In this document: piece after piece, positions 42,609 to 52,947 of the stretch
Layout of the letters: each line of letters opens with the position of its first letter
How positions within the stretch are numbered: position 1 is the first letter of the stretch
Source: an uncultured cyanobacterium
GTDB taxonomy: Bacteria > Cyanobacteriota > Cyanobacteriia > Cyanobacteriales > Microcystaceae
DNA length: 61,629 nucleotides
Reading direction: 5' to 3'
Assembly (NCBI GenBank): GCA_963807635.1
Contig: CAWEDJ010000011.1
Coordinates: forward strand, 1-61,629
Notes under the pieces: model-generated
The model's input: the letters and a program-made list of their open reading frames with translations, nothing else
Told to the model about the DNA's origin: nothing
Databases searched by the model: none
Translations under genes and position numbers: made by a program

Positions 42609-43984
42609 CTAGTCATGATCAGCGATGAGTTGAAAAAGTTCATGGATCACGGCGCATCGTTTCTTCGTATAAAACATCCCTTCCCCAACGTTGCAATTGA
42701 CGACCGAGGAGTTGTTCCGTCTTTTGATCACCCAGGGAAGAAACTTGTTGGATGCGATAGGACTGCGCACTCCCTCCTGCTTCCATTCTCATACAGCCCA
42801 TTGTGCTAGAGCAGAGGACTAAGCCACAATTCGCGTCAGGATTAGTTGAACCGAGCTTAATACTCACTAAATCGCCTAAAACTTCACCAAAATCCGCTAG
42901 GGGTAATCCGGCTAACTCAGCTTCAATGGGACGTTGATCGGCGGATAAAAAGCTGACTCGACGAATATCGTAATCCCCTGGCTCGTGGGAATAACCGACG
43001 GGCCGCCATTTCAGACGACTCGCGACCCACCCCAAATACATTAGGGCTTGGGCATGGTTTCCTTTTTCGTAATCCAGCACAATCTGGTCGATTTCTCGGA
43101 CGGCAGCGCGACGCTCAGGCAGATCAAAGTTTTCGGCGGTCAGTTCTTGCCAGGGCCAGACGACTCCAGTTTAAATCCGCGATCGCCAATCCCCTTTGTA
43201 TAACTAAGCCAATTTGGGAAAGGTCAGTTTCGGGGTCACTGAAGGTACTGGAATCCACGATGATAGTATTCGCCTGGGACGCTAACCGTTGAAAAAGTCC
43301 GTAGTCTATTTCGGGACTGGCTTTCCACCAAATAAACTTTGGTAATTCAGGGATCATCAATTCTGCAATGATTCCTCCTACCCGTTCCAAGGCACTAGCG
43401 GTTCCTCGGAGTGTGATGTATTCACAACAAATGAGCGAATTTTGGTTACGTTTTTGAATAGGACAGTAGGCCGAAACCTGGGCTTGAACGCCTTCATCTT
43501 CTTCTGTGGTGGGACAGAGGGTAATAATCCGACAGGGATTGGCAGACGCGATCGCATCAGCAATACCGCTTCCTTCTAAATCGGGAGAATAGGGTTGGGC
43601 CAAACGTTCAGCCGCACTCGTTAAAGTCCCTGCTTCCTTCGATTGTTTGAATTTCTCTTTAATCAGTTGGACAAATTGAGGATTGGATGTCCCTGTGACA
43701 GGCAAACCATAGGCTTTTTGGGCAGATTTGATAGCGGCTACCGTGCGGGGGCCAGCAACACCATCAACGGGGCCTGTATAGAAACCCAGGGCAGCCATTA
43801 GAGCTTGAATCGCATCAGGTTCATAGACCAAGAAACTAAAGGTTGTGGCCCGTGCGGCGGCGATTCCCTCATCGTTTTGGCCGTAGGTATTCCAAATTTG
43901 GGCTAATTCCGCTTCAATGGTCTCTATCGACACATCTTTTGGGGCTTGGAGCGAAACGAGGGGCGGAGATTGGGTCGTACTCAT
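42609..43984 (-). CDS. opcA: Glucose-6-phosphate dehydrogenase assembly protein; frameshifts (~43150-43090, ~42655)
   Basis: LQAPKDVS..IE.EL..IW, GFYTGPVDG PG-binding segment, VSAYCP, CCEYITL, DLNWSRL, LGWVASRL.W. Confidence 0.9.
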
Positions 43985-44285
43985 GGGCTTTATCCTTGCT
44001 CAGAATGGATGGGGAAATTTCATCTGCCTTTTATCTTAGTACCTACAATCAGATTGCTCAGAATTTAGCCAAAAAAATTCTTTCTGTAAATTTTGGGTTG
44101 ATTATGTCTAATGATTCCCTGGGCGATAACTCTAGCAATTTTTGATTTATTCTGCTATGATTCTAGCAATTTTAATAAACTCAAAATAAATCAATCACAA
44201 AACAGAGGATTTTGATTATTTGTCAGATTTTCCTTTGTTTTTTTCCTTTAAAAAGAGCAAAAATGACGAACAAGAGGTGTTTTTT

Positions 44286-45609
44286 ATGATAAATTCTGAA
44301 CGGCAAGTAATCGCCCTTATTTCTGACTATGCTGATCCAGCAGAAGAAATTGATATGGAAGAAGCGGGCGGCCAAAATATTTATGTCCGAGAAATGGGAG
44401 AAAGCCTAGCAGCGTTAGGTTGGCAAGTTGATATTTTTACCCGCAAGAGTCATCCGAATGATCCCGCCATTGTGCAACACAGTCCCCATTGCCGCACGAT
44501 TCGTCTGCAAGCTGGCCCTGCGACCTTTATTCCCCGTGATCAATTGTTTGAATATATGCCTGAGTTTTTAGACTCTTTTCAGGCTTTTCAGGCAAAGAAT
44601 GCAGTTCGTTACCCTTTGATTCATACGAACTATTGGTTGTCGGGTTGGGTGGGGCTACAACTCCAAGAGCAGAATAATGTCCAATTAATTCATACTTACC
44701 ATTCCCTTGGTGCGGTGAAATATGACACCATGGCCAGGTAAACCCGCGATCGCCGAAACCCGGTTAGCCCTAGAATCGGAAATTTTGTCTAAGGCGGATT
44801 GTATTTTGGCCACCAGTCCCCAGGAAAAGAAACGCTCTGTGATCTGCTTTCCGAGACAGGGCGAATAGAAGTCATTCCCTGTGGAACAACGGCTAATTTT
44901 CATAGTTTTCCTAAAAGTGAAGCGCGAGAAAAACTAGGATCGGGCCGAGCAGGACAAAATTTTGTTATACGTTGGACGATTTGCTCCCCGCAAAGGAATT
45001 GAAACCTTGGTTAAAAGTTGTGCCGAGCTTAAACAACGGAAGGTGGAAAACCTAAAGCTGGTAATTGTCGGGGGGAGTAGTCTAGACCGTCTGGATGGGC
45101 CTGAAAGAAATCGCATTGAGCAGCTAGTAGAAGCCTTAGAACTCCAAGACCAGACCCATTTTGCAGGACGGATTGACCATGATTGGTTGCCCTGGTATTA
45201 CAGTGCGGCGGATGTTTGTGTGATTCCGAGTTATTATGAACCCTTTGGTCTCGTGGCGATTGAAGCGATCGCCTGTGGAACGCCTGTGGTGGCTTCTAAG
45301 GTGGGCGGTTTACGGTTTACGATTCAACCTGAAGAAACGGGATTACTGGTTCCACCCAAGGACGAAATTGCTTTAGCGGATGCCATTGAACAGGTATTAG
45401 GGGATGAAGCTTGGGTGACAAAACTGAAAAAACAAGCATCCAGTGGCATGAATCAAGGCTTTAGCTGGCAAAATGCGGCTCTGGAGGTGAGTGATCTGTA
45501 CCGTTATATTTTGGCTCGTTCTATTATGCACGACCAACCCTGGAATCCCAAAGTATCTCGTTTGCGGACTATTTCAGAAATGACCTTAACGGATATTGCG
45601 GTGGTTTAA
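44286..45609 (+). CDS. GT-B (GT4) glycosyltransferase, sucrose-phosphate-synthase/MshA-like; several frameshifts
   Basis: EAGGQNIYV, IHTNYWLSG, HTYHSLGAVK, YVGRF.PRKG, PSYYEPFGLVAIEA. Confidence 0.82.
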
Positions 45610-45681
45610 GTCTCGTTTTTAGACTTCTTTTAAGGAATAACTGATGTTTTCTGGAAAGAGGTCTCATTGATCTAAGAATAT

Positions 45682-45710
45682 GGCGATCATCTCATGGCGA
45701 TCGCCTTTTT
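45682..45710 (+). terminator. Hairpin terminator with one arm built on a HIP1 site
   Basis: GGCGATC-N10-GATCGCC followed by a T-run. Confidence 0.45.
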
Positions 45711-45783
45711 GCTGAATGGGGAAGATGCAACCGATTTTTGAGTAATAATGAGAAAAGTATGAAAACCATTTTTCACCATTTCC

Positions 45784-46161
45784 ATGACAAGCCTTCATTC
45801 CGCCCCAATTGAATCAGTGGTTTCACCCCAAACCATCCCATCGATGAAAACCCTAGAAACCGTGAGCAACAATCCCCCTAATCACTTTCGGTCAATCTTC
45901 GCCTCAACCTTTTTGACCATATTTTTCGCAGAGATGGGAGATAAAACCCAACTCAGCACCCTGCTGATCAGTGCCGAATCCCGATCGCCCTGGGTCGTCT
46001 TTTTGGGATCAGCCCTAGCCCTCATCGCCACCAGCCTACTCGGAGTTTCCATTGGTTATTGGATTGCTAGAAGATTATCACCCAAAACCCTCGATTTAGC
46101 CGTTGCCATTTTATTACTATTTATTACAGGCTTACTCTTAGGAGATGTGATTAATAGTTAA
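45784..46161 (+). CDS. TMEM165/GDT1 (UPF0016) half transporter
   Basis: AEMGDKTQ motif. Confidence 0.9.
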   Translation: MTSLHSAPIESVVSPQTIPSMKTLETVSNNPPNHFRSIFASTFLTIFFAEMGDKTQLSTLLISAESRSPWVVFLGSALALIATSLLGVSIGYWIARRLSPKTLDLAVAILLLFITGLLLGDVINS

Positions 46162-46212
46162 TTTTGCAAATATTACGCCCATTTAGGTTAGATTTTATAG
46201 AGGAAAATAGAG

Positions 46213-46491
46213 ATGGATTGGCAACTCTTTGGTTTAAGTTTTATTACGGTATTTTTGGCAGAAATTGGCGATAAAAGTCAATTAGCCGCGATCGCCCTGG
46301 GGGGAAGTTCCGAATCTCCCCGTGCGGTTTTCTTAGGTTCCATTGTCGCCCTGATTTTAGCAAGCTTTCTCGGAGTCATTGCAGGCGGCAGTATGGCCCA
46401 ATTTTTACCCACCAAAATTCTCAAAGCGATCGCCGCGATCGGATTTGCGGTCATGGCATTAAAATTACTTTGGCCAGAAACCGAAGCCTGA
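46213..46491 (+). CDS. TMEM165/GDT1 (UPF0016) half transporter
   Basis: AEIGDKSQ motif. Confidence 0.9.
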   Translation: MDWQLFGLSFITVFLAEIGDKSQLAAIALGGSSESPRAVFLGSIVALILASFLGVIAGGSMAQFLPTKILKAIAAIGFAVMALKLLWPETEA

Positions 46492-46671
46492 TTTGCCCAT
46501 GTCATTAATAGAAATGGAATAAGGGGAAACCAAGCGTTGTCACTGCTGAAAATTATTAAGAAAAGGCTACAATAGAGGTTATCCGTTTATGTCTTTGTAT
46601 TTTTAAAATCTTATTTAGCCCTAAAAAAGTCAACCGAGAAAGTTCTATTTTTTAAAATTTTTGTTGAGACC

Positions 46672-46986
46672 ATGACTAACTTTAATTCCCAAGACCGTGA
46701 ACCAACCCCGAAAGTTGAAGTCAACCCTGACCTGAATTTTGCAACCGATGCTCTACCTCTGGACGAAAAAGTTTCCCAATGGTTACAAGTTTTTAAACAA
46801 TGGTATGGAAAATTACCAGGAGCCGCAAAAATTGCAGTGGCGATCGGAGTTATTTTTTTCAGTCTATCCCTTTTGACCAAGGTGTTACATTTGGTCGCTT
46901 CTATCATCAGCGTCACCATTCTCGCCATCATTCTCTATGGACTCTATCGCGTTTTCCTAAAGTCCAATTCTTCTCAAGAAAGCTGA
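46672..46986 (+). CDS. Hypothetical membrane protein
   Basis: ATG start, two hydrophobic segments. Confidence 0.6.
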   Translation: MTNFNSQDREPTPKVEVNPDLNFATDALPLDEKVSQWLQVFKQWYGKLPGAAKIAVAIGVIFFSLSLLTKVLHLVASIISVTILAIILYGLYRVFLKSNSSQES

Positions 46987-47034
46987 ATAAGTCTCGATAA
47001 TGAACTGATAATTAATTTTTGACGATTTATAAAA

Positions 47035-48519
47035 ATGTCCCGTCTTCCCAAATTAAAATATGACCGAGGGACATTACTCTTGCATCCGCCGCCGAAGGGC
47101 AAAGTCTGGATGGAGTTTGCTACCTGGGATGACCGAGTGGAAAAATTTCGTATTCCTGCCTGTCAATATCGATCTTTGGTAGAAAATCTTCGGGCGGCAG
47201 GGATTGAATTTCTTGATGAAGCGAGGGCGTTTTCTCCCTTGGAATTGGTGACCCATAGCCAACGGGAACCTTTTTTGCATCAAACGGAGGCTCTAACGGC
47301 TTGGAAAAAAGCGGCTCGTCAGGGGGTGGTCGTTCTACCGACGGCGGCGGGAAAAACCTATTTGGCTCAGTTGGCGATGCAGTCAACTCCTCGTACTACT
47401 TTGATTCTGGTTCCGACTCTGGATCTGATGCACCAATGGTATGCCCAGCTTACTGCCGCTTTTCCCAAGGTAGAAGTGGGTTTACTCGGTGGGGGTTCTC
47501 GCGATCGCACTCCGATTTTAATTGCGACCTATCACAGTGCGGCGATCCATGCAGAAACGTTGGGCAATCAATACGCCCTATTGGTTTTTGATGAATGTCA
47601 TCATTTACCGACGGATTTTTTTCGAGTGATTGCTGAATATGCGATCGCGCCCTATCGTTTGGGTTTAACGGCAACCCCCGATCGCAGTGATGGTAGTCAT
47701 GCCGATTTAGATCATCTCATTGGCCCTGTGGTCTATCACAAAACCGTTGAAGACCTTTCGGGTAATACCCTAGCCGAACATCAAGTGATTCAAATTAAGG
47801 TTAAATTATCCGAGGATGAACGCGATCGTTACGATAAGGCGATCCAAACTCGCAATAGTTTTTTAAATCAATCAAATATTGCTCTAGGAAGTCTCAATGG
47901 TTGGCAATTATTTATTCAAGCCAGTGCCAAAAGTGCGGCGGGTCGCAGAGCGATGTTAGCCCACCGAACAGCCAAGGAAATTTCCCTCGGAACGGAAAGT
48001 AAATTGCGGGTTTTAGCCGAATTAATGGCGGAACACTCTCCTGACCCGATTCTGATTTTTACCAACGATAACGCTACTGTTTATCGCATTTCCCAGGAAT
48101 TTCTCATTCCCGCCATTACCCATCAAACCCCCGTGAAAGAACGTCACGAAATTTTAACCAGTTTTCGTCAGGGGGACTATAGAACTCTGGTGACTTCCCA
48201 TGTTTTGAATGAAGGGGTAGATGTTCCCAGTGTCAAAATTGCGATTATTCTTTCTGGAACGGGTTCAACCAGGGAATATGTGCAGAGATTAGGGAGAATT
48301 CTGCGTAAAAGTAAGGAAAATACTAAATTAGCGATTCTTTATGAAGTGATTGCCGAAGATACCAGTGAAGAAAGCACTTCCCAACGTCGGAAGGGAGCCG
48401 TGAAAAAATTGCCCGACCAGCCTCGCCAATTGGAGTTATTGCCGAATAGGACAAAACCAATTCCCTTAAAGGTGGCAGAATCTCCGCAAGATTATCAAGT
48501 TGACCCAGAGGATACTTAA
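47035..48519 (+). CDS. SF2 helicase, XPB/Rad25-like
   Basis: LPTAAGKT, DECHH, LGLTATP, LNEGVDVP, QRLGRILR. Confidence 0.88.
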   Translation: MSRLPKLKYDRGTLLLHPPPKGKVWMEFATWDDRVEKFRIPACQYRSLVENLRAAGIEFLDEARAFSPLELVTHSQREPFLHQTEALTAWKKAARQGVVVLPTAAGKTYLAQLAMQSTPRTTLILVPTLDLMHQWYAQLTAAFPKVEVGLLGGGSRDRTPILIATYHSAAIHAETLGNQYALLVFDECHHLPTDFFRVIAEYAIAPYRLGLTATPDRSDGSHADLDHLIGPVVYHKTVEDLSGNTLAEHQVIQIKVKLSEDERDRYDKAIQTRNSFLNQSNIALGSLNGWQLFIQASAKSAAGRRAMLAHRTAKEISLGTESKLRVLAELMAEHSPDPILIFTNDNATVYRISQEFLIPAITHQTPVKERHEILTSFRQGDYRTLVTSHVLNEGVDVPSVKIAIILSGTGSTREYVQRLGRILRKSKENTKLAILYEVIAEDTSEESTSQRRKGAVKKLPDQPRQLELLPNRTKPIPLKVAESPQDYQVDPEDT

Positions 48520-48577
48520 CGAGAAGAACGGCGATCGCCTTGATAGGGTGAACAATCTCAAGCAAATTGCTCCAATA

Positions 48578-49312
48578 CTAATTTCTTAACGGTGAAAAAT
48601 TCTTTTGCCAATAGGATACAAGTTCAGTCCAGGCTGTCATTAACTGTGCATCGCGATCAGGCGATCGACTATCAATAGAAACTTCTAACAAAAGACAACG
48701 TTTATCCTTTAGTAACGCTTTACCCATCAACCAATTTAATAAAGGCATATGGCTACTAGAAGTAGATATATAAAGAGAACGTATAAATTGCCGTGATGTA
48801 ACAGTCGTTTTACCTTGAGAATTTACACAAGCCGTTAAACTAGATTGTTGACCATTTATAAAATAAAGAGAGGAGCCATCTTTTCCTTGTTTTTTAATAT
48901 AATTTTCAATCGGCAACAATTCCTGAAATTTTTTATAATAATCTTTAACTTCCCCCGATGTGTTGACGATATAGTGAGCTTTAACCTTGAGTAAATCATT
49001 ATTATTTTTGTAATGGTAAATCTGGTTTGCGATAACTCTCCCTAAATCCTCAATTTCAGAATTTTCTTCTTGTTGATTAGCAGAAACTTTAGGGGTTAAA
49101 TTTTTGACTGTCAAACTAGATGGAGAACTATCTGTTAGTTGCCAATTGGCTAAGGAAATTTGATCAGGAAATTTGTAGGGAGCGATTGTATTGATTCCCG
49201 CTATCGGAGAAAAAAACAAACTAAAACTCGAAAAAAATAATACCGAGAATAACAGAAACGGTAAGTAAAAAAGGATGGGGACGGGTACGAAAATTAACGG
49301 AGGGGAGATCAA
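48578..49312 (-). CDS. Cyanoexosortase A system-associated domain (probably C-terminal part of a CrtA fusion)
   Basis: YKFP..I.L..WQ, TACVNSQG.TTVT..QF, LNWL.G...L.DKRCL, W.EL..YWQ..F. Confidence 0.7.
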   Translation of the reverse strand: MISPPLIFVPVPILFYLPFLLFSVLFFSSFSLFFSPIAGINTIAPYKFPDQISLANWQLTDSSPSSLTVKNLTPKVSANQQEENSEIEDLGRVIANQIYHYKNNNDLLKVKAHYIVNTSGEVKDYYKKFQELLPIENYIKKQGKDGSSLYFINGQQSSLTACVNSQGKTTVTSRQFIRSLYISTSSSHMPLLNWLMGKALLKDKRCLLLEVSIDSRSPDRDAQLMTAWTELVSYWQKNFSPLRN

Positions 49313-50225
49313 AAGACAAAGAGTTAGGTAATTTTAAAAAAATAATTCCCCAGAAAAGTATCATACCACCAAAAGTAAAATAATCTGAACCATCGCCTTC
49401 GTGCCAATAATAAAAAGCGGTATCATTCTTGACAACTAAAGCCATAATTATTAAACGAATAATAGATAAAGTAAAGCTAATCAAGAATGAAAGTAAAAAC
49501 GGTAAAAAAGTATTTTTCAAAAAAGAACGAAAAAGAAATAATACACAAAAGGAAAGCTGAGATAATAGAAAAAATAAATCCCAACCAGTACAGCCCATGT
49601 ACACATCAATTGCACCACCATTAACATGAATAATAGAGCCTTCATTTATCGGATTAAAGCCCAAATACCAAAGAAAAAATGTAGTGATTTGGGCTGAGAT
49701 AACAGTTATAATACTATGGTCTGATTGACCTGTTAAAATTCCATACGACAAGTTTCTTATCGAGCGAATTGCAACAGAAGCTACGCAGAGAAATATTAGC
49801 TCTTGTTGAAATTGTTTTAGTCCTTTAAAGCCAGTAATTAAAATGACGTAACCGACGATACTAATAAGACAAGAAGAAAAAGAAATGTATGGTAAAACGA
49901 GAACATAACCCTCTTCCGCAAGAAGAGCAAGCAACAATTTAGCTCTAAATAAAGGGAGGAAAATTAATATTAATCCTGTTAATCGGCTCCAAAAAGAACT
50001 GGAGAAACTAATTTCATTTTGTTTTTGATAAAACTTAAAAAAGAAACAGGCATAAATTACTGCCAGTACAAAAACTTCATTAATATCTTGTTTATTGAAT
50101 CTCCAATAAACCGTTAAATAAATAGCAAAAATCAAGCCTAATATGACGAGAAATAAAAAATTCTGATCTTTGAAAGAAGAGTTTTTTTGTGAAGTAGGGA
50201 CAGGATTATTAGATTTTATTAACAT
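49221..50225 (-). CDS. crtA: Cyanoexosortase A-like exosortase
   Basis: Multi-TM protein with exosortase triad V..GCTG / IIRL / YYWHEG.G. Confidence 0.8.
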   Translation of the reverse strand: MLIKSNNPVPTSQKNSSFKDQNFLFLVILGLIFAIYLTVYWRFNKQDINEVFVLAVIYACFFFKFYQKQNEISFSSSFWSRLTGLILIFLPLFRAKLLLALLAEEGYVLVLPYISFSSCLISIVGYVILITGFKGLKQFQQELIFLCVASVAIRSIRNLSYGILTGQSDHSIITVISAQITTFFLWYLGFNPINEGSIIHVNGGAIDVYMGCTGWDLFFLLSQLSFCVLFLFRSFLKNTFLPFLLSFLISFTLSIIRLIIMALVVKNDTAFYYWHEGDGSDYFTFGGMILFWGIIFLKLPNSLSFDLPSVNFRTRPHPFLLTVSVILGIIFFEF

Positions 50226-50377
50226 TTTTTTAGGGAGAGTCAATATTAGTACTAGAAGAAAAACAACCCATGACCTCGGCAATTGAGTTGTTAAGAAATA
50301 AATTGAAAATCGTTAATACTTAAAAGATTTTTCTGCACTATTTTCAATAGTCGAGCATGACAAGCGTTATAATTATT

Positions 50378-51184
50378 TTACTCTTCAATGTCATATTTTG
50401 TCATGTCTAATTTACCAAGACGGCCAAATTTAGACCAAATAAAGATAAAAGTAAACGCTAACAAGATTTGAGAGAACATCATTCTGATACTGTTTTGCCA
50501 AAGTTTCTGTAACTGATTCCGACGTGCGATCGCCGCCTCTTTTTCGATTCGAGCTTTGACGGTGGATAATTGTTGTTGAATACTAGCAGGTAATTGGTCA
50601 TTTGAAAGACGGGCAATATCGTCTTTATTAATATTGAGAGATTGGGCTAAAGCACGAAGTTGATCGGGGTTTGTAATGCGACTGCTTTGAGTTTGTATTT
50701 GATCAATTTGGCTTGTTTTAGCGTTCCGTTCTTGAGCTACTTGCTGTCTAATTTGAGTGGTCAGTCTAAAGGAATTGAGGACAACAAGAGGAGCTAAGAA
50801 TAAGTAAAGGATTGCTAGAATCAAAAAGAACCAGCGTAGAAATTTAAGCAGAAGAAATTCGATGAGGCGAGTATCCTGCTGGTTTTCTGTAAAATAGCGA
50901 GAACAAATAAATCCCATTCCGATTAACAATGCCCAGCTTTGGTCAATGAGGGAACCAATGGTTTGTAGTTCCCAAGCTGGGTTGAAGAGTTGTAGGGGAA
51001 ATAAAACGTGAAGAAAGTCGGCCAAGGACGCAAACAAGATTCCGTAACCAATAACGGGCATTATGCCTATGATATTGCTGATCCTAATACTGCGGAATGC
51101 TATATCTCCACTCAATTTTCCCAGATAAAAAGAAGATAAATCATCAACGGGGGAAAGTAACTTTTTTAGAAATCCTTTTTTCAT
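50378..51184 (-). CDS. HpsJ-like, cyanoexosortase A-associated protein
   Basis: IGYG.L, P.QLFNPAWELQTIG.LI, TM helices with periplasmic coiled coil. Confidence 0.75.
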   Translation of the reverse strand: MKKGFLKKLLSPVDDLSSFYLGKLSGDIAFRSIRISNIIGIMPVIGYGILFASLADFLHVLFPLQLFNPAWELQTIGSLIDQSWALLIGMGFICSRYFTENQQDTRLIEFLLLKFLRWFFLILAILYLFLAPLVVLNSFRLTTQIRQQVAQERNAKTSQIDQIQTQSSRITNPDQLRALAQSLNINKDDIARLSNDQLPASIQQQLSTVKARIEKEAAIARRNQLQKLWQNSIRMMFSQILLAFTFIFIWSKFGRLGKLDMTKYDIEE

Positions 51185-51464
51185 TTGTTTTTGTTATATG
51201 ACTAAAGTAGAATAAGAACTTAATTTTCTTTAGGGATAAGTGTCCTATATATTATAGTGACTAATCTGTTTTGATGTCTGAATTAGTGACAACTTTCAGT
51301 CTCATTGATCACCGTGTTCTAGAGAATTTATCTTTTACTGAAAATCAGAGATTCTAAAAATTTTATAACTCGCGCGATCGCAAATCATGGAAATTGAAAT
51401 ACACTTGAGCTTATGAGAATGGAATAATACCAACCATTAGCAACGATGGACTGATCATCCAATT

Positions 51465-51991
51465 TTACTTGGAAAGATCGACTTTGGGTTTGCGCTTATT
51501 CCAAACACCAAAACCAAACAGAGTGGTGACACCAATTACGCTAAGAGCATCGGTTTCCCAAGGAACTTGCTGGATGCCGTTGGTAACAGAACTGATCCGG
51601 TGAACATCAGGTCCATCGATGAGAACCGATGGATTCTTGATGTATAGTTCAGATAGTCCCGCAACAGGTGTGGAGGAGTTAAGACCAGTACTAATCAACG
51701 GCGAACTAGCAATCTCTGTTCCACCAACGCCATTACTCCAGACAGTCGTGGTGGTAGTATTATTTGCCCGCTGCCCAGATCACTAATGGTGATGTTTGAA
51801 GCTCTCCAATCACTTTGATTAGAAAAGGTATCAAGGGTAAACGTTTTGTCACCAACAACGACATCTCCAGCATTTTGCTAATCGGAGAAAGTGCCAGAAA
51901 AATTTATAGCTTGGGCGGGGGAAACAAATGCTCCTCCCATCACCCCAAGGGCAGTAGCAGCACCAAAAAGGGCCATTTTTTGATTGATCAT
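51465..51991 (-). CDS. PEP-CTERM-like surface protein (VPWETD variant); frameshifted
   Basis: Signal peptide ending PAQA; C-terminus QVPWETDAL + hydrophobic helix + KRKPK. Confidence 0.75.
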
Positions 51992-52334
51992 GATTATGTT
52001 TTTCAGACAAAAGTTAAGTAAAAATTTCAGAATATATTTTCCTTCAGATAGATGAAGGAACATTATTCAGGAAAGATTTTAACATGAAGTTTTTGTTTAG
52101 TCAATATTTCACTTCGTAGTGTTCAAAATCAACCTTGAAATAATCTTTGTATTCAATTAGCAATCAGTGAAAATAGTAAAAATAGTGAAAAGTTTATGGA
52201 TATTGTTGAGTAGCTATTATACTGATCACAGTTCTCCTCTACACAGGGTGTCTGGAGACTCTTAGGGCTACAAGGCTTATGCAAAAAAAGTAAATTTAAT
52301 CACTGAAACCATTAATCCAAAGGTGGATTTGATA

Positions 52335-52871
52335 TTATCTTTTTTTGTCTAATTTTCGTTTTATATCATAGAACAACCTTTTTAATCTTAAGTCCAAAGA
52401 AAATCCCCGTTTTGCTCGAATAATTGCCGTTCCTGCTACACGATCATGAAAAGCTTGATTAAAGCCCTCATCTCCGATCGCGAGACCACAGTTAAAGATT
52501 AAAGGGGCAATTAACAGAATCATCGAAATTGCATTCATAAAATTGATATTTAAACCCCACATCGCCAACAGTGAAGCCGCCCCTAAAATTCCTTCTCGCT
52601 TGGATAGCTCTATAATGCCAGGCACCCGCCTCAAACGCAGATCAATTACCTTCATGTCAAAGGCCCAACTACCCAAACTTTGTCCCTGATTTTTCTCGAC
52701 CAGCACAACCCGCAGTCCAAACCAACAAATCGAGAAAATAATTGCCTGCCAAAAACCTGCGCTAAAGGAACTTAAAATCCAAATCACCACAAAATCTAAT
52801 AAAAATGCGTAGGCCCGTCAATCTAACGGGACTTTGGGAAAACGTCTTTCGGGAGATGGCTCAGAATACAT
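52335..52871 (-). CDS. RDD family protein; frameshift ~52820
   Basis: RAYAFLLDF, GQSLG.WAF.MKV, QAFHDRVAGT. Confidence 0.8.
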
Positions 52872-52947
52872 TGGGGAATGGGTTGGATTGTTCTTGAATT
52901 TTCTAATTCTGTCAATTTCGTGATAAAAAGTCAGTGCCGTTATTCTA

